From contig OZ024743.1 in NCBI GenBank assembly GCA_964016885.1, positions 237,212,001 through 237,276,000 on the forward strand: 64,000 bases of DNA. Reading direction: 5' to 3'. The number at the start of each line of letters is the position of its first letter. Positions within the stretch are counted from its first letter, which is position 1. The notes under the pieces are model-generated. The model was given only the letters and a program-made list of their open reading frames with translations. It was not told the DNA's origin and ran no database searches. This document shows, piece by piece, positions 1 through 13,208 of the stretch. The DNA is from Eledone cirrhosa (taxonomy: Eukaryota). The position numbers and the translations under genes are program-made.

Positions 1-925
1 CCTAAGGCTTTTTGTATTTGGGCCTCTGTGGCTCTTTCCACCCTACGGGATTTTGTACTTACTGTACGGTACGTGACCGTACAGTGCTCTTGGGTTTCGA
101 AAAAATTTTTCGCTGCCTTGCAGATTGCTCGGTGTCCGTTCTTTGTCACCATCTTCTTCGCTTCCTCTAATTCCTCATTTGTTATGAGGATTGTTTCCAA
201 GTTTTTCGCAATACCTGCAAATGAGATTGGTTTTTCTCTGCTGTTGTTGTTGTCGTCAGAGCTGCTGGTACTTTTGTTGTTGCTGCAGGTACTACGACTA
301 CTGCCTCCGCCGCTGTTGCTGTGGTTGTTGTTGGTGTTGCTGCTGCTAATGCTGTTGTTGTTTATGCTGCTGGTGATGCTGTTGCGGCTGCTACTGTTGT
401 TTTCATTGTCACTGTTGCTGTTGTTATTACGGCTGCTACTGCTATTATTCCTGACGTCAGACGAATGAACTGGGTTTTCGTATTTCCCGCACACCTGTTT
501 CGTCGCTGTCGTCGTCGTCGTGGAGAAACCTTGCACGCTTTGCACGAGACTTTTCTTTTCTTTCGTCACTTGCGAAAGAGAAGGGAGGGAGAGAGACACA
601 TTTAAAGAAGGGAGGGAGAGAGACAATCTTCTCTCTGCTGTAGTGATGATTGAGGAAGAAGAAGACGGAATGAGTGGGAGTGACGTATGAAATTTCTTTT
701 TCGTAGCCATGTTGTTTTTTGTTTAAAATGAAATTTTGGGTACAAAACCCCAATAACTGGTTATTTAACCCCGAAGGGCCAAATAACGGACAGAAAGACC
801 CCTCTCACGAGGAGGAGGGTGTCTTTATCAACAATTTGGTTCAAGTTTTAAACAATTTACAATTGTTTTAACGGTTAAAAATTACTATACCTTACAGAGC
901 CGAGCCTCCGTCAACCATGGCATTC
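1..925 (-). mobile_element. 5' part (5'UTR + start of ORF1) of a Tx1/L1-type LINE, tandem copy running off the window start
   Basis: Near-identical (a few substitutions and 1-nt indels) to 6068-6993; ends in the same 5' terminus GAATGCCATGG abutting (AAT)12. Confidence 0.93.

Positions 926-961
<36 letters not shown>
926..961. repeat. (AAT)12 spacer between tandem LINE copies
   Basis: Direct reading. Confidence 0.97.
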
Positions 962-963
<2 letters not shown>

Positions 964-1224
964 TTTCTTTATTAACCACAAGGGTTTACATAAAGTAGAC
1001 ATTAAGGACAGTGCAGGACAATGCAGGACGGTACAAATGGGCATTTCTGCGTGTAAAAAAAACAAAAACAGAGGATGTAACAAAAATAACAATGAAAATA
1101 ACAATGAAAAATTCCCCAATAGGGGGGAGACTTCGGAGGGACATTTGTGGAGAAAGCCCAGTAAAAAGCCACAATGACCCTGACCACCAAGGCAAGTGCC
1201 CTCTCCCAGTTTTCCACCTTTAGT

Positions 1225-4200
1225 TTACAGATATATACTCAGAGTCGGCCCATTCACTCGGGCCATTCTTGCTTCTCTCACCCATCTTTCAACAAAATGC
1301 TGGGAAGAGAGCACTTCCCTCTCTACTCTGATTTTCCTTTTCAAATGAAATTTGAAAAAGTCAATCAGAGCATCACCGAAGAGGTAAGTGCTCGTCTTCA
1401 GCCCTTTCAAACGTGTCCACCATACTATCTCTTTCGCCATGGCCACCAGACAGATAAAAACTGCCTGCCCTTCCCGGCTAAAGGAGGAGGGCGGGGCAAT
1501 CCTCACGATGGACTCAGATGATAGCTGGATCCGTCCTAAACGCGACAGCAGGTGTTCGACATAAACCCACAAGTCAGCAATTTTCGGACACTGGACGAGT
1601 GCGTGCAGGACGGTTTCGTCGCCCTGTGCGCATCTCGGACATGCCCGGCTGACGGCACCTCCATGCCTGTAGAGTTTATCCCGAACTGGCAAGGCTCCTC
1701 GGTAGCACTGCCAGGCCAGAGATTTCTGGAAGTTGTCCATAGGCGCTGGCCCGAAAGTTCTTCCGAAGAGATTGGCTAGTTGATTTTCGTCGACGCCTAG
1801 AGTTTCCCCAAGTACGTCGTCGCTCTTCCCCTCCACTAATCCTCTATAGAAAGCCGAGGTGGAGTTTCCACCGATCACATTGCCCGATTGGTCGAGGGCT
1901 GTGAGCGCCTGAAGACATTCCAGTCTCCAGGCGCTCCCTCTCGGTCTTCGCTTGACCCAGGACTGCAGCTCCGTCAAGGAAACGAGCTGGGGAAAAACGC
2001 GTCTAGCAAACGGCGACCATACCTGATCACCGTCGAGGAAGAGGTGGAGATGTCGTAGCCTGAGCGCGTGCCTGCGCATCATCAGCCACGGCATGCCCAG
2101 CCCTCCACGTAGCGGGTGTTGACAACAGATGGACCGCCTGACCATCGGAGCACGTCCCTTCCACAAAAAGCGAAAGAGCAAACGCTCCAGCGCAGTCAGG
2201 CGAGGCTTAGGACAAGGTACGACGGTTAGGCGGTAGCAGATGACAGACGCGATGTACGCGTTAGCCACCTCCGCTCGACCTTTCAGGGATAGCTTCCTCT
2301 CCGCCCATTTCTGGGTGAGAGAAGCCACCCTGCTCGTCACCTCGTCCCAGTTTTTGTCCGTCTGGAGGTCCGGACCGAACCAGACCCCTAGCAATTTAAC
2401 CTGTCCGTCCGTCCAGCGCCCGACGACGCTGTTGGACGGCATGGACCTGCCTCTCCAGGTGCCGAGCTGCAGGCCCACTGACTTTTCCTGGTTGATCATT
2501 GCTCCTGTCACCGCTTCGTATTCTCTTAGTGTAGTGCCGATCGCCTCGATGTGTTTGGCGTTCGACACCACTACGGTGACATCGTCCGCATATGCTGACA
2601 CGGATCTTCCGCATCCTAGTTCGCGCGGGACTCCCCTCAACGTCTCCAGTTTGTGCAGTAATGGCTCGAGAGTCAATACGTACAAGAGGGACGAGAGGGG
2701 ACATCCTTGGCGGACCGAGCGCATGATGTTGAACGATTCCGACAGGTGACCGTTCACTCTCACCACAGAGCAGATGTCGCTGTGCATGGCAGCGATCCAG
2801 CCTCTGAAGACGGGCCCAAAGCCAGCCGCCCTCAGGACTGCCGCTAGGTAACGATGGTCGACCCTATCGAAAGCTTTCGACTGATCTAAATTGATCAAGG
2901 ACCCACCCGTGCCAGGTTCCCTAGCTACCCTCTCTACGATGTATCGCATGAGGTGGAGGTTGTCGTGGATGGATCTGTCGGGAATGGCGCATGTCTGCGC
3001 CTCTCCCACCAGACCACCAACGACAAGCGCCAACCTCTTTGCTAGCACCTTGGCCAAAATCTTAAACTCTGTGTTTAGCAGAGTTATGGGCCGGAAATTG
3101 TCTATGTTATCCCCCTTGTTCGGATCCTTTCTCAGCAGTGCCACCGCTCCTCGGCTCACAGAACTGGGAATTCTCCCGTTCTGTTGCCAGTTGCAGTAGA
3201 CGTCCGCCAAGAGGCCTCCGAACAAGTCTGGCATCTGTACGTAAAGTTCATAGGGCAGACCATCCAAACCAGGCGATTTACCCCTTGTGCAGCCAGTCAT
3301 TGCCTCCCGTACTTCAGCGGCTGTTATCGGCTTTTCGCAACACCTCGCCTCAGTGGCCGAGAGCCGCGGCAGTCCGTCGAGGTAGACACTAAAGTCCATC
3401 CCTCTACCCGGCCCCCCGCTGCCCCCGAACAGCTGAGCGAAGTGTCGCTGAAAAGCTTCACACATTTGCCCGGGATCGGGTAGCATGCGCCCGTCGTGGT
3501 CCACCAAAGACCGGATCGTGGCATTGTTGCCACGACGCGCCTCCGCCACTCGGGCCCATTGAACGGCTTTCGTCCCCTCGTGTCTGAGAGCACGAACCCT
3601 AGCTCTGACAACGCAGCCTTCGTGCTTTGCATTGAAGAATTGGTCAAGGGCCAATTTCGCCGCAAGCACGTCGTTCGCAATGCCTTTGCTAAGCGCCTCG
3701 TCTAATTTTCTAACTAGTTCTCCCTCTGCTCTATTTTTCTCTATTGCTAAAGCCTTACTAAACCTAATCGATTCTATTCTAATCGCTCTTTTCAGAGCAA
3801 ACCACCACTTGTTGTTGACGATGGCCCCCGTCAACGCCCGCTTAACTAGTTCGCTAATCCGGTCTCTGTAGGCCTTGCGCGCTGGTAAGGAGGCGTTTAG
3901 CTTCCAGTAGCCGGGTCCTCGTCTATGAAGCCTATCTAAGTCAAGCACACAGGTCACGAATTTGTGGTCCGTGTAGCTGACTATCTTGAATTGTGGACAG
4001 CCTATGCTAGACCTATCTATTTCCCTACAAAATACTCTATCTAGATATGATCTGGATGACCCTATGCGGTTTGTCCAAGTCCACATTGGCACATTCGGGA
4101 AATCCAATCGGTACCTGTCAGACAGTTCAAAACGCCTGAGCAGGTTGGTGAGGCTCTTGCACCCTCCACCCCTATCCGCTAATCCCACACAGTCCCAGCG

Positions 4201-4644
4201 TGCATCTAAGATCCCGTTCCAGTCGCCCACTAACACTAAAGAGCGGGACGTTCCAAGAAAGGTCTCCAGACGCCGGAAGAAATCAGGCCGCCCTGCTCCT
4301 GTCGGGGCATAGACGGCCACTAGCCTGAAAGCTTGCCCGTCTCCGCTGGTCACGTCCAGCACCACCAGCTTACCCTCTGGGTCCAGGAAGATGGCCCGTA
4401 TGGCGAGATCCAAACCTCTCCGAAAAAGCACAGCAACTCCTCCACCCGATCCAGGACGGCTGGGAGATGCGTACACATCGTAGCCGCCGAAGATCGGTGC
4501 GAAGGCCCGTGCTTCGGAGATTCTGGTCTCGCTGATGGCCACTACATCTATGTTTAGTGACCTGAGGTCGTTGAGCAGGTGACCCTGCTTCCATGACGAC
4601 CCCAAGCCACGCGCATTTATGCTGCCTATTCTGAGTGAGGTCAT
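1225..4644 (-). CDS. LINE ORF2, intact 1139 aa: APE endonuclease, reverse transcriptase, C-terminal Cys/His motif
   Basis: APE motifs SINARGL, AISET, VYAP, LVGDWN, YLDRVF, TDH; RT motifs PGLDG, FRPITLLN, KILAK, DQSKAFDRV, QGCPLS, AYADD; CPRC..ETVLHALVQC. Confidence 0.96.
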   Translation of the reverse strand: MTSLRIGSINARGLGSSWKQGHLLNDLRSLNIDVVAISETRISEARAFAPIFGGYDVYASPSRPGSGGGVAVLFRRGLDLAIRAIFLDPEGKLVVLDVTSGDGQAFRLVAVYAPTGAGRPDFFRRLETFLGTSRSLVLVGDWNGILDARWDCVGLADRGGGCKSLTNLLRRFELSDRYRLDFPNVPMWTWTNRIGSSRSYLDRVFCREIDRSSIGCPQFKIVSYTDHKFVTCVLDLDRLHRRGPGYWKLNASLPARKAYRDRISELVKRALTGAIVNNKWWFALKRAIRIESIRFSKALAIEKNRAEGELVRKLDEALSKGIANDVLAAKLALDQFFNAKHEGCVVRARVRALRHEGTKAVQWARVAEARRGNNATIRSLVDHDGRMLPDPGQMCEAFQRHFAQLFGGSGGPGRGMDFSVYLDGLPRLSATEARCCEKPITAAEVREAMTGCTRGKSPGLDGLPYELYVQMPDLFGGLLADVYCNWQQNGRIPSSVSRGAVALLRKDPNKGDNIDNFRPITLLNTEFKILAKVLAKRLALVVGGLVGEAQTCAIPDRSIHDNLHLMRYIVERVAREPGTGGSLINLDQSKAFDRVDHRYLAAVLRAAGFGPVFRGWIAAMHSDICSVVRVNGHLSESFNIMRSVRQGCPLSSLLYVLTLEPLLHKLETLRGVPRELGCGRSVSAYADDVTVVVSNAKHIEAIGTTLREYEAVTGAMINQEKSVGLQLGTWRGRSMPSNSVVGRWTDGQVKLLGVWFGPDLQTDKNWDEVTSRVASLTQKWAERKLSLKGRAEVANAYIASVICYRLTVVPCPKPRLTALERLLFRFLWKGRAPMVRRSICCQHPLRGGLGMPWLMMRRHALRLRHLHLFLDGDQVWSPFARRVFPQLVSLTELQSWVKRRPRGSAWRLECLQALTALDQSGNVIGGNSTSAFYRGLVEGKSDDVLGETLGVDENQLANLFGRTFGPAPMDNFQKSLAWQCYRGALPVRDKLYRHGGAVSRACPRCAQGDETVLHALVQCPKIADLWVYVEHLLSRLGRIQLSSESIVRIAPPSSFSREGQAVFICLVAMAKEIVWWTRLKGLKTSTYLFGDALIDFFKFHLKRKIRVEREVLSSQHFVERWVREARMARVNGPTLSIYL

Positions 4645-4679
4645 GTTTAAAATAGAGTGGAAAAGATGGGAAAGACCAC

Positions 4680-6780
4680 TTACCGTACTTTTGGTAGAGG
4701 AGGGATGGTTTTTACATCCCTTTTCACTTGATCGTCTGGTGAAGGGACCGTTGAATCGTCCCTTCGGCTGGTCGTTGGCTCTTCTAAGAGAATGTCTGAG
4801 TATACTCTTCGATTGATGGTTCCTCCTAGGTCCCTGAAATCACCAACTGCGTTGGGGAATTTCGTTTTAATATTTGTGTATTGTTTCTGTGCTATTTTTA
4901 GCAGTCTTATGTTAGTTGGCGTTTTGATTGGTGCTGGTATTATGTAGTCCTGTTGTGAAATGTCTGTGTGTTCAATTATGTAAGTCATTAGTTTCTTGTT
5001 GTGTGTATTTATTGCCGTGCATTTGTTTTTCTGGGGGTGGGGTGTGGTTCTGCTATTTTCTTGTCGTTGTTGCTGGGTGTGTGTGTTTTGTTGTTGTGTT
5101 TGCGATGTTGGTGCTTGTGGTGGTGGTGTTGAAGGTGTTGTTGGCGGTGGGGTTGTCGCCGGTGGTGATGGTGGTGCTGGTGTGGGTGGTGATGGTGTTG
5201 GTGGTGTTGCTGCTGTGGGTCTCTTTGCAGTAGACTTTACCCTTTTCTCATTTCTTTCCTCCCTTTTCAAAGGCGACGATGCGCTGCTTCTGCGTTTGTG
5301 CCTTCTTGCGACCTTTTGCCATCCCTCTCCCACCTCACACTCCATGTCTGATTCTGTAAGGTCGGGGAGGGGTACCAGCTCCACTCTTTCACTTGTTGTT
5401 GTTGGTGATGTTTGCACTGGAGTCTCTGTTGCAGCTGCATTTGGTATTGCTGTTGTTGTTGTTAATATTTCCACTGCTGCTGCTGTCTTTGATTTCCGTG
5501 GCGTGGGTATGGGTGCCACGGACCTATCGTTCCTGGTTGCCGCTTGTCCTGTTGCTGGTAGCCGTGGAGCCGGATTCGGAAGGAGGGGGGTTTTCTCCTT
5601 TCTCAGGGTCTTCTCTTTGCAGAAGGCCCTGAGGTGAGTCTTCGATCCACAGCGAAAGCATTTCGGGCGTTTGCCCTCAACACTTATGGGCAGTTGAGTG
5701 CCGTTATCGAAGTCTATCACATCCGGGATAGCTTCGATGCACTCCTGGTTGGTTTGGATTAGCATCTCAATGGAGGAGCCGACCCAATCTTCTCTTACTT
5801 TTTTTCTGTACTTGCAGTACAGTTGTTTTGTCCTCGATTCCGACGAGGACAGACGCGGCCAGCCAAGAAGGGGTCATTCCGGGGGGGACGTGGGTCAGTT
5901 TGACCCTCACAATTTTTTGCCCGCAGTAGGAGGGCACCAACACCATTTCCTCGCTCCTTAGGGTCACTACTGATTGGGCCTTTGCCTCCTGGGGTGTGGC
6001 AAAAAGTACGTCTACGGTGGCGTATTTTTTGCCTCGGGTGATGTGCGTTTTCCTCTGCCACACAGACCCCAAGGCTTTTTGTATTTGGGCCTCTGTGGCT
6101 CTTTCCACCCTACGGGATTTTGTACTTACTGTACGGTACGTGACCGTACAGTGCTCTTGGGTTTCGAAAAAATTTTTTGCTGCCTTGCAGATTGCTCGGT
6201 GTCCGTTCTTTGTCACCATCTTCTTCGCTTCCTCTAATTCCTCATTTGTTATGAGGATTGTTTCCAAGTTTTTCGCAATACCTGCAAATGAGATTGGTTT
6301 TTCTCTGCTGTTGTTGTTGTCGTCAGAGCTGCTGGTACTTTTGTTGCTGCTGCAGGTACTACGACTACTGCCTCCGCCGCTGTTGCTGTGGTTGTTGTTG
6401 GTGTTGCTGCTGCTAATGCTGTTGTTGTTTATGCTGCTGGTGATGCTGTTGCGGCTGCTACTGTTGTTTTCATTGTCACTGTTGCTGTTGTTATTACGGC
6501 TGCTACTGCTATTATTCCTGACGTCAGACGAATGAACTGGGTTTTCGTATTTCCCGCACACCTGTTTCGTCGCTGTCGTCGTCGTCGTGGAGAAACCTTG
6601 CACGCTTTGCACGAGACTTTTCTTTTCTTTCGTCACTTGCGAAAGAGAAGGGAGGGAGAGAGACACATTTAAAGAAGGGAGGGAGAGAGACAATCTTCTC
6701 TCTGCTGTAGTGATGATTGAGGAAGAAGAAGACGGAATGAGTGGGAGTGACGTATGAAATTTCTTTTTGGTAGCCATGTT
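4680..6780 (-). CDS. LINE ORF1 (gag-like, CCHC knuckle), split by one extra A in an A7 run near 5799-5805
   Basis: CFRCGSKTHLRAFC = CX2CX4HX4C. Removing one A fuses ORFs 5767-6813 and 4680-5765 (QKKVREDWVGSSIEMLIQ), matching the homolog at ~30950 (KEKQENWSGSGMELLIQ). Start codon approximate. Confidence 0.85.
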
Positions 6781-6993
6781 GTTTTTTTGTTTAAAATGAA
6801 ATTTTGGGTACAAAACCCCAATAACTGGTTATTTAACCCCGAAGGGCCAAATAACGGACAGAAAGACCCCTCTCACGAGGAGGAGGGTGTCTTTATCAAC
6901 AATTTGGTTCAAGTTTTAAACAATTTACAATTGTTTTAACGGTTAAAAATTACTATACCTTACAGAGCCGAGCCTCCGTCAACCATGGCATTC

Positions 6994-7020
6994 AATAATA
7001 ATAATAATAATAATAATAAT
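6994..7020. repeat. (AAT)9 between the 5' ends of the Tx1-type and R4/Dong-type elements
   Basis: Direct reading. Confidence 0.97.
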
Positions 7021-10000
7021 GTATGTAACCAAACATTCACCAATGTTAGATGTTTAATCCAATACCCCTGGTGTGCAGGGGTATTGGATTAAACATCTAA
7101 CATCCCTCCACCCGAAGCTGACGGCCATGTTCAATGACTGCTTGGTGTCGGGTGAGGTGCCACAGTGGTTGACAAAAGATGTATGTAACCAAACATTCAC
7201 CAATCCACGATATGAGTGTTTAAATGTCGAACCTAAACAGTTCGAATAACGGTGAAGAGGAGACGGGAACGTTATGTGACAGACTCTCACCCAACAGGTG
7301 CTCCCTGGCCCAGCAGCAGGGACCTGGCTGTCATCCAAATACTGCTGGTGTTATAGGAAGAAGAAGGAAAGGGACAAGAGCCAACTGGACGAAAAATTGA
7401 ATAGAACTGTTATGCAATGTTACCTGACGAGTAACCCCAAGGAAAAAGGCTATAGGAAACGGATGCATAACATCTGGAACGAGATTGGTCTATTTAAATT
7501 AGATGAACAAAAATTGGCCGAGCAGGCTCGGGTAATAAGAACTAATGGATGGATAAGCGAGCTGGAACTGGAGGAACTGAGCAGAGAGATTAGGTTGGAA
7601 ATGGAGAATGGAGTATGCTAAACAAACGAGCAAGTGGGAAATGAAGGTGAAGAGGTTGAGAGAACGGAGGAACCATCCGAAGCAGACAATGATCTGAATG
7701 CTGAAATAAATAACATCTGGAACAAAGATACGGCCATTGAGGAAATGAATGCTGACGGGCTAGGACAAGATTTGGTTGATATCCTAAACTTAGTGGTAGA
7801 TGAAATGAACAATGACAGTGGGAAACCTATGAACCTAAGATTTGTAGACAGGAAAAAGTTAAAAGAAACAACAGCTAAGGTAAAGAAAGCCATACCATAC
7901 CTTGAGGCGAGGGACCTTCACCAATGCAACTATATCCTCAAAGCAACAGCAAATGCGGTGAGGAAATTACTTGGCATAAAAACGGGAGGAAACAACAAAC
8001 AAGAAAGATCAGAACCTTGGTGGAAGAAACGACTGAATGGTCAAATCAGGGAAATGAGAAATGACATTGGAAAGCTTGAGTCCCTACTGAATGGGACACT
8101 ACAAAACATAGACACTAAAAATAGACTGGAAATAAAGTACAAAACTAGGAGGAAAAAGCTAAATATTATCATAGAGGAACTGAAGCAACGCATTGTAGCA
8201 AAGAGTGCAAAGATTAGGCGATATGAAAGCAGAGTCAGTCAGTATAGACAGAACCGCATGTTTGACAACAACCAGAAGATGTTGTTTGGACACCTTGAAG
8301 GGAAAGAAAGAGGCAACGACTTGAACCCTGAGGCGGAACAAACTAAGACATTCTGGAGAGGAATATGGGAGCAGGATATTGAACATAATGATCAGGCAGT
8401 GTGGATTGAGACAGTACAAAAGGAGATTAGTGAACAAGCACACCAACAAACTGATTTGAGTATCACAGTTGAAACTCTCAAGGGGCAGGCCAAAAAACTA
8501 ACCAACTGGAAATCGCCAGGCCCAGATGGTGTGCAGGGGTATTGAATTAAAAATTTAACATCCCTCCACCCGAAGCTGACGGCCATGTTCAATGACTGCT
8601 TGGTGTCGGGTGAGGTGCCAGAGTGGTTAACAAAAGGTACCACAGTTCTGATAATGAAAGACCGAATCAAGGGTAATGATGTTACCAACTATAGACCTAT
8701 CACATGTCTGTCCGTAATGTGGAAACTGTTGACGAGCATTGTGCCTGAGGAAATCTACCATCACCTCCACATAAACAACTTGTTACCGGACGAACAGAAA
8801 GGATGCCGAAAGAAGTCACGTGGTACAAAGGACCAGTTACTTATTGATAAGATGGTAATGGGGAATTGCAGGAGGAGACACACTGGTCTTGCCATGGGAT
8901 GGATAGACTACAGAAAGGCATTTGACATGGTGCCTCATTCTTGAATCACCAAAAGCCTGGAGATCTTCAAGGTGGCAGATAACATCAGACAGTTGCTGGG
9001 CAGGAGTATGGGGTCCTGGGAGACAGAGTTGACATCAACTGGAGTATCCTTGGGAAGCGTGAAGATCAAGAGAGGTATCTTCCAGGGAGATAGTTTGTCC
9101 CCTCTGTTGTTTGTCCTTACCCTGATGCCCCTGACCATTATACTGCGAACAGTGAGAGCAGGATACAAGTTGGGAAAAGGAGAGCTTACCATCAATCACC
9201 TCCTCTTCGTGGACGATCTTAAGCTCTTCAGGAAGAGTGAAAAGGAGTTGGATGTACTTGTTGACACTGTCCGTATTTTCAGCAATGATATATGTATGTA
9301 ATTTGGTATTAATAAGTGTGGAGTCCTAGTGATGAAGAGGGGTAAATTGAGCAGAAGCAACGGAATCCAGGTACCAACAGGTGAGATGATAAAGGAAATT
9401 GACACTGGAGAAGGATACAAATATTTAGGTGTTCTGGAGGCAGATGACATCAAGAACAAACAAATGAAGGAATTGATAAGATCTAAGTACATTAGAAGAG
9501 TAAGGAGCGTATTAAAATCACATCTGAACAGTAGGAATGTCATAAGTGCAGTGAATTCTCGAGCTGTGTCTATTATTATGTACAGTGCGGGAATTCTGAG
9601 ATGGAATGTTGCTGAACAAAAAGAAATGGATAGGAAGACTAGGAAGCTATTGACTATCTACAACATGTTCCACAAGAGGAGTGATGTCGATAGATTCTAC
9701 TTAAAGAGATCTGAAGGTGGAAGAGGTCTTATCAGCATAGAGGACTGTATTCAGATGGAGAAAAACAACCTGCACAAATACGTGACTGACAGTAGGGAGC
9801 CAATGCTCAGAATTGTACTGAAGGAGAGGACAATAGACCAGGAGATGTCCAAGGCGGAAATAACAACAAGGAGGAAGAGCAACCTTCATGAAAACTCCCT
9901 TCATAGTACCTTCTTTGAGAAAACTGAATTTAGAGATCAACAGACATGGAACTGGTTAAAAAGAGGAGACCTTAAAAAGGCTACAGAAGGAATGCTAATG

Positions 10001-10718
10001 GCTGCACAAGAGCAGGCCCTCAGAACGAAGTGGGTGAAATACCATATTTACAAGGAGGAGGCTAGCCCACTGTGTAGGATCTGTGGAGAGAGAGAGAAGA
10101 CTGTGGCTGACATTGTATCCGAGTGTAAACACCTAGCCGAGACTCACTAAAAGGCTGGATACATGATGTGATGGGCAGGGTGATCCACTGGCACCTATGC
10201 AAAGTAAACAATTTACCACATTCTGAGAAGGGGTATGAGCATAAGCCAGAGTCGGTGATAGAAAACGATCAGGTGACGGTGCTATGGAATTTTAGGATAC
10301 AGACGGACAAGAAACTGGAACACAATATGCCTGACCTGGTGGTTTTGGACAAGGAAAAAAGATCGTGTCTGATTGTAGATGTAGCCTGCCCATTTGACAC
10401 GAGAGTGCAAGAAAGGGAGAGAGAGAAAATTAACCGCTACCAAGACTTAAAATGGGAGTTAAAAAGGATTTGGAACTGCCATGAAATCAAGGTCGTCCCG
10501 ATTGTCATAGGCGCACTAGGTACTATCTCAAAGAGTTTCAAAGGATGGTTAAAGAAAATTAGTCCAGCCCCGCTTTTTGGAACACTTCAAAAGGCATGCT
10601 TGCTGGGAACAGCAAGAACCCTCCGATACGTCCTGAATATCTAAGGCTGCAGGTAGAGGCTTGATATTCATTTCAATAAACTTTCCAGTTAAATAACATC
10701 AATGATTGAGACTCAAAG
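7021..10718 (+). mobile_element. R4/Dong-clade non-LTR retrotransposon (RT + restriction-like endonuclease), near full length, inactivated
   Basis: PWWKKRL, WKSPGPDG, NYRPITCL, EQKGC, GTKDQL, WIDYRKAFDMVPH, GIFQGDSLSPLLF, LFVDD, YKYLG, GGRGL, CRIC..SEC, PDLVV..IVDVACP..EKINRYQDL; (AAT)n on both sides. Confidence 0.88.
7298..10644 (+). pseudogene. Disrupted single ORF of the R4/Dong-type element
   Basis: ORFs starting at 7298, 7634, 8585, 8972 and 9329 are one frame broken by stops at 7619, 8543, 8942, 9299 and 10148; frameshift near 10150 into the RLE domain. Confidence 0.9.
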
Positions 10719-10726
10719 AATAATAG

Positions 10727-10778
<52 letters not shown>
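10719..10778. repeat. (AAT)n tract
   Basis: Direct reading. Confidence 0.95.
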
Positions 10779-10780
<2 letters not shown>

Positions 10781-10940
10781 AATTAGTGTGTACAGTGCTC
10801 AGGTGCACCACAACTCATCAAAGGTGCCTGTATAGTACATAGAATAATATACAAATGTCAGGGAAGTGAATAGTGTATGATACATGTGTGCGTGTGTATG
10901 AGGGGGAATATTAGGTGCAGTGTTGGCGAATCTCTACGAA
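10779..10940 (-). mobile_element. 3' end fragment of a CR1-like LINE
   Basis: Homologous to 16540-16705 (+) and 17180-17350 (-), e.g. TGTACAGTGCTCAGGTGCAC; tail faces the (AAT)n tract. Confidence 0.7.
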
Positions 10941-11012
10941 CGTTTCAATACGGCTAGAATATCACATCCATTTGCAGAGCAAATTTTTTCCATCGTGTAT
11001 GTATATATATAT

Positions 11013-12889
<1,877 letters not shown>

Positions 12890-13132
12890 TATATATATAT
12901 ATATACACGTATATATATATATATATACAAATATATTACACAAAGAGAAGTATGTTACACAGGGAGATGTGTGTCAAGAATTATTACAAGTGAGTTTTAC
13001 CGTTACTGTATAGAGAACAATATCAGAATCAAATCAGAATCAAAGTCAGAATCAAATCTGTGAATCAGAGTTTTAAATTACCAACCTATATATAACTATA
13101 AGTTATATAACTATAAGTTATATAACTATAAG

Positions 13133-13208
13133 TTTGCTGATACGAATCTCGTTCGTTTCACCACCGACATGTGCAGTATAACAGCCCACAGGATCCTCAG
13201 TCAGCAAA
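13133..13208 (-). ncRNA. Type I hammerhead ribozyme motif
   Basis: Minus strand: TTTGCTGA-CTGAGGA-(stem II region)-GAAAC GAA cgaga TTC GTA-TCAGCAAA; 8-bp stem I, 5-bp stem III, intact core. Confidence 0.75.

Larger units (their letters stand above)
962..6993 (-). mobile_element. Full-length Tx1/L1-group non-LTR retrotransposon (~6.0 kb; 5'UTR, ORF1, ORF2, 3'UTR with AATAAA)
   Basis: ORF1 with zinc knuckle, ORF2 APE+RT, both ends bounded by (AAT)n; ends defined by comparison with the other two copies. Confidence 0.93.

Noticed and set aside
2240-4557. Antisense ORFs within LINE ORF2 (mirrored at 32151-34461)
   Set aside because: Shadow ORFs of a GC-rich coding strand; their recurrence only reflects copy identity.
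5795-5810. Programmed frameshift in ORF1 at the A7 run
   Set aside because: The homologous ORF1 is in frame at this point; a homopolymer indel (mutation or sequencing error) is simpler.
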